From an uncultured Thermoleophilia bacterium (GTDB lineage Bacteria; Actinomycetota; Thermoleophilia; Miltoncostaeales; Miltoncostaeaceae), in the NCBI GenBank assembly GCA_938017905.1, contig CALIKX010000031.1, positions 16,563-80,562 of the forward strand: a DNA stretch of 64,000 nucleotides, in the 5' to 3' direction. Below the pieces are notes generated by a model. That model did not search any database and was not told where the DNA came from. It saw nothing but the letters and a program-made list of their open reading frames with translations. Below are positions 59,160-64,000 of the stretch, one piece after another. The position numbers and the translations under genes were made by a program. Each line of letters begins with the position of its first letter. Positions within the stretch are counted from its first letter, which is position 1.

Positions 59160-59640
59160 CGAGTACCGCCGGGTCGTACGGGTCGAGGATGCGCATGCCG
59201 TGGCGCCCGGCCACGGCCATGGCGTGGTCGCTCTGCTCCGCCGTCACCGGGGGCAGCGGCGCCGAGGTATCCCTTACCTCGTCACACACCTCGCGCAGGA
59301 AGGCCTCCATCTCGTGCGGGGGCGACAGCGTGCACAGCAGGCGTGCAGGGCGCCCGCCCAGATTGCGGTAGGTGTGCGGGGCCCACGGGGCGATGGTGGT
59401 GCTCTCCAGGGGCCCCAGCACGGTGGCACGGCCCCCGGTGATCACGGTGATCTCGCCGTCCAGGCACATGTACTGCTCGGCGGCCTCATGGCTGTGCATG
59501 TGCAGCGGCCCGCCCCCGGGGCGCGAGGCGATCTCGGCGATCAGGAAGCCCCCGCCGGTGGTCTCGCTGGTCGCGTGGACGCGGAAGCCCTCGCCCATGA
59601 ACAACATGGGCGTGCCCGGTGTCAGGGTGTCCACCGGCAC
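59152..59640 (-). CDS. Cupin-domain protein inserted between nuoI and nuoJ
   Basis: Cupin motif 1 fits exactly: G-GPLHM-H-S-H-EAA-E-QYMCLD-G, i.e. G(x)5HxH(x)3E(x)6G. Motif 2 is approximate: PWAPHTYRN. The GTG start overlaps the nuoI stop by 1 nt, and the 3' end overlaps nuoJ by 8 nt. Confidence 0.7.
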   Translation of the reverse strand: MPVDTLTPGTPMLFMGEGFRVHATSETTGGGFLIAEIASRPGGGPLHMHSHEAAEQYMCLDGEITVITGGRATVLGPLESTTIAPWAPHTYRNLGGRPARLLCTLSPPHEMEAFLREVCDEVRDTSAPLPPVTAEQSDHAMAVAGRHGMRILDPYDPAVLGG

Positions 59641-60122
59641 TATGTGTCCGCCGCCGGGGAGGGGTCGCCGGGCACGTTGGGGTGCAGCGGCGGCTGCTTG
59701 GGCGCTGGCTCCAGCAGGACGTCCTTGGTGTAGATGAGGGCCTCACGGGTGTACTCGCTCAGTTCATACGAGTGCTCGAGGGTGATGGCGTCGAATGGGC
59801 ACGCCACCTCGCAGTAGCCACAGAAGATGCAGCGGGCCATGTTGATCTCGTAGATGCGCGCGTAGCGCTCGCCGGCCGACACCCGGTTCTCCGGCGTGTT
59901 CTCCTCGGCCACCACGCGGATGCAGTCGGCCGGGCATGCGGCGGCGCACAGCGAGCAGCCCACGCACTTCTCCAGGCCGTTCTCGAACCGCCACAGCCGA
60001 TGCCGGCCCCGGAACCGCGGGTACACCGGGGTCTTGTGCTCGGGGTACCCGATGGTCACGGGCGTCTTCAACAGGTTCCGGAAGGTGACGCCGAAGCCCT
60101 TGAGGGGATCGAGAACGCCCAT
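59640..60122 (-). CDS. nuoI: NADH-quinone oxidoreductase subunit I
   Basis: Two 4Fe-4S motifs, CVGCSLCAAACP and CIFCGYCEVACP. ATG 60122 overlaps the nuoH stop. Confidence 0.92.
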   Translation of the reverse strand: MGVLDPLKGFGVTFRNLLKTPVTIGYPEHKTPVYPRFRGRHRLWRFENGLEKCVGCSLCAAACPADCIRVVAEENTPENRVSAGERYARIYEINMARCIFCGYCEVACPFDAITLEHSYELSEYTREALIYTKDVLLEPAPKQPPLHPNVPGDPSPAADT

Positions 60123-61120
60123 CAGTTCGCGAACCCCAGTCCCAGCACGATGGCCGTCACCACGATGTTGGCCAGCGCCACGGGGATGAGCACCTTCCAC
60201 CCTAACTTCATCAGCCGGTCATACCGGAAGCGGGGCAGGGTGGCGCGCACCCAGATGAACACGAACAGCAGGGCGGTGATCTTGATGCCCAGCCAGATGA
60301 AGCCCGGCAGCCAGGGTCCGTTGGGGCCGCCCAGGAACAGCGTGGCGGCGAAGGCCGAGATGACGATGAGCGCCACGTACTCGGCGGCCAGGAACATCGC
60401 GAACTTCACCGAGCCGTACTCGGTGTTGTAGCCCGAGATCAGCTCGCTCTCGGCCTCGCCCAGGTCGAACGGCACGCGGTTGGTCTCGGCGAACGCCGCG
60501 ATCATGAACACCACGAAGGCCACCGGCTGCAGAAGGATGTACCAGAGGCCCCCCGACTGGTCATTGGCGATGTCCACCAGCGACAGGCTCTGGCTGATCA
60601 TCACCACGCCCACGATCGACAGGCCCAGGGCCACCTCGTACGACACCAACTGCGCCGCGCCGCGCGCCGCGCCCAGGAACGAGTACTTGTTGCCGCTGGC
60701 CCATCCGCCCAATATCAGCCCGTACGCCCCCAGGCTGGACAGCGCCAGGAACACCAGCACGCCCACGTCAAGGTCGGTGCCGTACAGGGTGATGGTGTGG
60801 CCGAACCACTCGTGCACGCCGCCGTAGGGGATCAGCGACAGCGCGGCCACGGCCGCGATCACCGGGATCATCGGCGCCAGGCGGAACACCCAGCGGTTGG
60901 CGCCCGCCGGAGCGAAGTCCTCCTTGAAGGTCAGCTTGCCGATGTCGGCCAGCGGCTGCAGCAGTCCGAACGGTCCCGCGCGGTTGGGCCCCATGCGGGC
61001 CTGGAAGCGGCCGATCAGCTTGCGCTCGATCACCGTGAGTCCGGCGAACCCCGAGAACACCACGCCCACAACGACCACCGCCTGGATGATCATCGTGAGC
61101 ACGGCCTCCTGCGCGGTCAC
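60122..61120 (-). CDS. nuoH: NADH-quinone oxidoreductase subunit H
   Basis: ERK..GR.Q.R.GPNR.GP.GLLQP.AD, and FD..EAESEL..G...EY. GTG 61120 overlaps the nuoG stop (GTGA). Confidence 0.9.
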   Translation of the reverse strand: MTAQEAVLTMIIQAVVVVGVVFSGFAGLTVIERKLIGRFQARMGPNRAGPFGLLQPLADIGKLTFKEDFAPAGANRWVFRLAPMIPVIAAVAALSLIPYGGVHEWFGHTITLYGTDLDVGVLVFLALSSLGAYGLILGGWASGNKYSFLGAARGAAQLVSYEVALGLSIVGVVMISQSLSLVDIANDQSGGLWYILLQPVAFVVFMIAAFAETNRVPFDLGEAESELISGYNTEYGSVKFAMFLAAEYVALIVISAFAATLFLGGPNGPWLPGFIWLGIKITALLFVFIWVRATLPRFRYDRLMKLGWKVLIPVALANIVVTAIVLGLGFAN

Positions 61121-63423
61121 GCGCCCACCTCCTCGCGTGCGGCGGCCGACACCACGGCGCGCACGGGGCCCCGGTCCTCGGGCAGCAGGCGGGCGGCGCC
61201 CGAGGACGGGTCGCCCACCATCAGATACACGGCCCCCTCGTGGAGGCGCGAGTCGATCTCCAGCGGCAGCACGGCCGTGCCCTCGGGCGTGGTCACGCGC
61301 ACGCGGGCATCGGTGCGCACGCCCAGCCGTTCGGCCTCCGCGGGTGCCAGCGCCGCGCGCGATGGCTCGCGCACCGCCTCCAGGGCGTCGGACCGATGGG
61401 CCACCGCATCGCCGAACACCGGTGCGCACGGCACGATCAGCAGGCCATCACCCACGGGCTCGCGCGCGGGGGAGCCCGGATCCTGCGGCACGGCGGCGAT
61501 CACCGCGCCCTCGCGGCCAATGGCGCGGTAGTCCAGCCCGGCGAAGGCCGCATGCTGCTCGGCCAGCCGCCGGAATGCCTGGGCCGGGGTGCGGTCGGGC
61601 ACCGGGTTCCCGATCCGGTGGGTGATGCCCACGATCAACTCCCACGCGGCGGCAGCGCCTGCCGCCTCGCGCGCGCCGGGACGCAGCCGCTGCGCGCGGC
61701 CGGTCATGCTCACCAGTACGCCCTCGTCCTCCAGGGGGGCCAGCATGGGCAGCACCAGGGCGGCGCGGTCGGTCAGTCCCGTGCGATGCGTGGCCATCTC
61801 GATGATCGTGCCCGCGCGGTCCGCGGCTGCCGCCCAGCGGTCGCCCGCCGGCCCGGTGGTGGGGTCGGTGCCGATGGTGAGCAGGATGTCGATGTCGCCG
61901 GCCTCGAGTGCGCCCAGCAGGTCGCCGGCGGCGGGGATGCCCAGCGCGCGCAGCCCGGCACCGCTCACGTCGGCGCACATCTCGACCGCCCGCGCGCCCG
62001 GGGTGGCGGCCACCACCCGCGCGATGGCCTCGGCGGCCGCGGGTTCGGCGGCCAGATCGGCCTCATCCCACAGCACCACGGCGCGCTGGCTTCCCTGCAG
62101 GCGCTCGTTGATGACTGCGGCGGCATCCAGCAGGTGCCCCGGGGTGGTGCGGAGCGCCTCGCAGGATGCGTCGAGCGCCGTGGGGCGCGGCCCGATCACC
62201 GCCACATGCGCCCCGGCGCGCCGGGCCTTGCGGATGCGCAGCTCGGCCACCGGCTGCTGGGTGCATGGGTCGCCGCCCACCACCAGCACCACGTCGGCGC
62301 CGTCGATGTCGTCCATCTGTGCGCCCGGCAGCGCACGAATGGGCCCCAGCCCGTGGCCCGGGATCCCCGTACGGGCCACCATGGCCGGCGTGCCGCCGCC
62401 CACCCGGTCGGCCAGCTCGCCTGCCAGGAACCCCGTCTCCACGGTGACGGCGTCGCCCAGCAGGATCCCCACCCGGGCGCCACGCGCGCCCAGCAGCCCG
62501 GATGCCTCGGTCACCGCGCGCTCCAGCGGCACGTTCCTGCGACCCACCGCATCGGCCAGCACCGGCGCCTGCAGGCGGTCGGCGCTGCGCAGCGCCGGGT
62601 AGCCCCAGCGCCCGCGGTCGCAGATCCAGCCCTCCTCCACGGCCATGTTGGGCTCCGGGCGCCCGGTCAGGCGCTTCACCTCGCCCTCGCGCTCGGTGAT
62701 CTCCAGGTTGCAGCCCATGGAGCAGCCCGCGCACACCGATGGGGTGTTCTTGATGTCCCACGGGCGGCTGACGAAGCGGTACGGGTTGCTGGTGAGCGCG
62801 CCCACCGGGCACAGGTCGATCGTGTTGCCGGTGAAGCGCCCCTCGTACGGGTCGCCGCTGAAGGTGGCGATCTCCGTGTGGTCGCCGCGCTCCTGGAAGG
62901 TCAGCTGGCCGTCCTCGGCCACCTCCTGGCTGAACCGCACGCAGCGGAAGCACGCGATGCAGCGCTCGCGGTCCAGTGCCACCAGCGGCGAGAGGTCCAG
63001 TGGCTTGGGGAAGTGCAGCTTCGGCTCCAGCGAACGCGTGCGGCCGGGCCCGAAGCGGAAGGTGCGGTCCTGCAGCGGGCACTCGCCGCCCTTGTCGCAC
63101 ACCGGGCAGTCCAGCGGGTGGTTGGCCAGCAGCAGCTCCAGCACGCCGTCCTGGGCGTCCTTCGCCACCTCGCTCTCGGTGTTCACCACCATGTCGGGCG
63201 CCACCGGGGTGGAGCAGGCGGTCTGCAGCCCGCGCATGCCCTCCACCTCCACCAGGCACATGCGGCATGCGCCGATGGGCGCGCCCAGGCGCGGCTCGTA
63301 GCAGAAGATGGGGATCTCGATGCCGGCGGCCTTCGCGGCGTCCACGAGCATGGTGCCCTTGGGTGCCCGCACCTCGCGGCCGTTGATGGTGAGGACGATC
63401 AGGCCGTCGTCGTGCTCAGCCAA
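61117..63423 (-). CDS. nuoG: NADH-quinone oxidoreductase subunit G
   Basis: N-terminal 2Fe-2S and 4Fe-4S Cys clusters (CRMCLVEV, HPLDCPVCD.GGEC.LQ, C..C.RC) and a molybdopterin-like domain. Confidence 0.93.
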   Translation of the reverse strand: MAEHDDGLIVLTINGREVRAPKGTMLVDAAKAAGIEIPIFCYEPRLGAPIGACRMCLVEVEGMRGLQTACSTPVAPDMVVNTESEVAKDAQDGVLELLLANHPLDCPVCDKGGECPLQDRTFRFGPGRTRSLEPKLHFPKPLDLSPLVALDRERCIACFRCVRFSQEVAEDGQLTFQERGDHTEIATFSGDPYEGRFTGNTIDLCPVGALTSNPYRFVSRPWDIKNTPSVCAGCSMGCNLEITEREGEVKRLTGRPEPNMAVEEGWICDRGRWGYPALRSADRLQAPVLADAVGRRNVPLERAVTEASGLLGARGARVGILLGDAVTVETGFLAGELADRVGGGTPAMVARTGIPGHGLGPIRALPGAQMDDIDGADVVLVVGGDPCTQQPVAELRIRKARRAGAHVAVIGPRPTALDASCEALRTTPGHLLDAAAVINERLQGSQRAVVLWDEADLAAEPAAAEAIARVVAATPGARAVEMCADVSGAGLRALGIPAAGDLLGALEAGDIDILLTIGTDPTTGPAGDRWAAAADRAGTIIEMATHRTGLTDRAALVLPMLAPLEDEGVLVSMTGRAQRLRPGAREAAGAAAAWELIVGITHRIGNPVPDRTPAQAFRRLAEQHAAFAGLDYRAIGREGAVIAAVPQDPGSPAREPVGDGLLIVPCAPVFGDAVAHRSDALEAVREPSRAALAPAEAERLGVRTDARVRVTTPEGTAVLPLEIDSRLHEGAVYLMVGDPSSGAARLLPEDRGPVRAVVSAAAREEVGA

Positions 63424-64000
63424 CGGGCTCCCCCATCATCGGCGCCGGGGCCGGCGAGCCGTGCTCGGCGACGTGCGCGAACTCCTCGGGGAACAGCTCC
63501 AGCGCGCTCTGCACGGGCATCACGGCACCGTCCGCCAGGGCGCACAGCGTGCGGCCCGAGATGCGCCCGAACAGGCTCTCGAGCATGCGGATGTCCTCGG
63601 CCCCGCGGCCCTCACCGGCCACCATGCGGCCGAGGATCCTCGCCAGCCAGCCGGTGCCCTCGCGGCACGGGGTGCACTTGCCGCACGACTCGTGCCGGTA
63701 GAACTGGGCCAGGCGGTGGCACGCGCGCACGATGCACTCGGAGTCATCCATCACGATGCATCCGCCGCTTCCCAGGAACGTGCCCACCCCGTTCAGCGAC
63801 TCGTAGTCCAGCGGCACGTCCAGCGATCCCTCGCCGATCACCGGTACCGACGACCCGCCCGGCCACACGGCCTTCACGTGCCGCCCCGGCCGCAGCCCGC
63901 CCGCCATCGTGAAGATCAGCTCGCGCAGGGTGGTCTCGCCCAGCACCACCTCGTAGTTGCCCGGGCGCAGGACGTGGCCCGACACGGAGAAGATCTTGGT
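63416..64000 (-). CDS. nuoF: NADH-quinone oxidoreductase subunit F (C-terminal part; the gene continues past the window end)
   Basis: ESCG.C.PCREG 4Fe-4S motif. The reading frame is open to nt 64000. Confidence 0.9.
   Translation of the reverse strand, partial: TKIFSVSGHVLRPGNYEVVLGETTLRELIFTMAGGLRPGRHVKAVWPGGSSVPVIGEGSLDVPLDYESLNGVGTFLGSGGCIVMDDSECIVRACHRLAQFYRHESCGKCTPCREGTGWLARILGRMVAGEGRGAEDIRMLESLFGRISGRTLCALADGAVMPVQSALELFPEEFAHVAEHGSPAPAPMMGEPVG

Overview
This 64 kb window is very GC-rich and reads as the replication-origin region of an Actinomycetota-like chromosome. All product calls come from reading motifs in the supplied translations. No database or HMM search was run.

Layout:
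- 1-16.5 kb (+): a tightly overlapping envelope-glycan operon. It has GT4 glycosyltransferases, two ATP-grasp ligases, a deacetylase-like/GT4 fusion, a priming sugar-phosphate transferase, a Wzz-like protein, a beta-propeller protein, MurJ, a GT-C/GT2/UDP-GlcA-decarboxylase trio and an ABC ATPase with no permease.
- 16.5-23.4 kb (-): tatC, tatA, a (+)-strand chorismate mutase, a bifunctional-nuclease-family gene, tRNA-Ile(GAU), parB, parA, rsmG, two parS sites, jag, yidC, yidD, rnpA and rpmH.
- 23.4-34.1 kb (+): a DnaA-box cluster, a GHKL-ATPase/winged-helix gene 3 nt upstream of dnaA, dnaA, a second DnaA-box cluster, dnaN, recF, a DUF721/DciA-like gene, gyrB and gyrA.
- 35.1-42.1 kb (+): fabZ-fabH-fabD-fabG-fabF, a Cys-based phosphatase, accD and accA. 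No acpP is present.
- 42.5-53.4 kb: a lipid kinase, a hydrolase, a HAD phosphatase overlapping ileS, redox genes, an L,D-transpeptidase, otsB, two half-size TauE genes and a TetR regulator.
- 53.4-64 kb (-): nuoN back to nuoF, with a cupin gene inserted between nuoI and nuoJ.

No mobile elements, CRISPR arrays or rRNA genes were seen. The most interesting candidates are the ATPase/wHTH gene in the dnaA operon, the cupin inside the nuo operon, the lipid-phosphatase-like gene in the fab/acc operon, and the ATP-grasp/deacetylase glycan chemistry.
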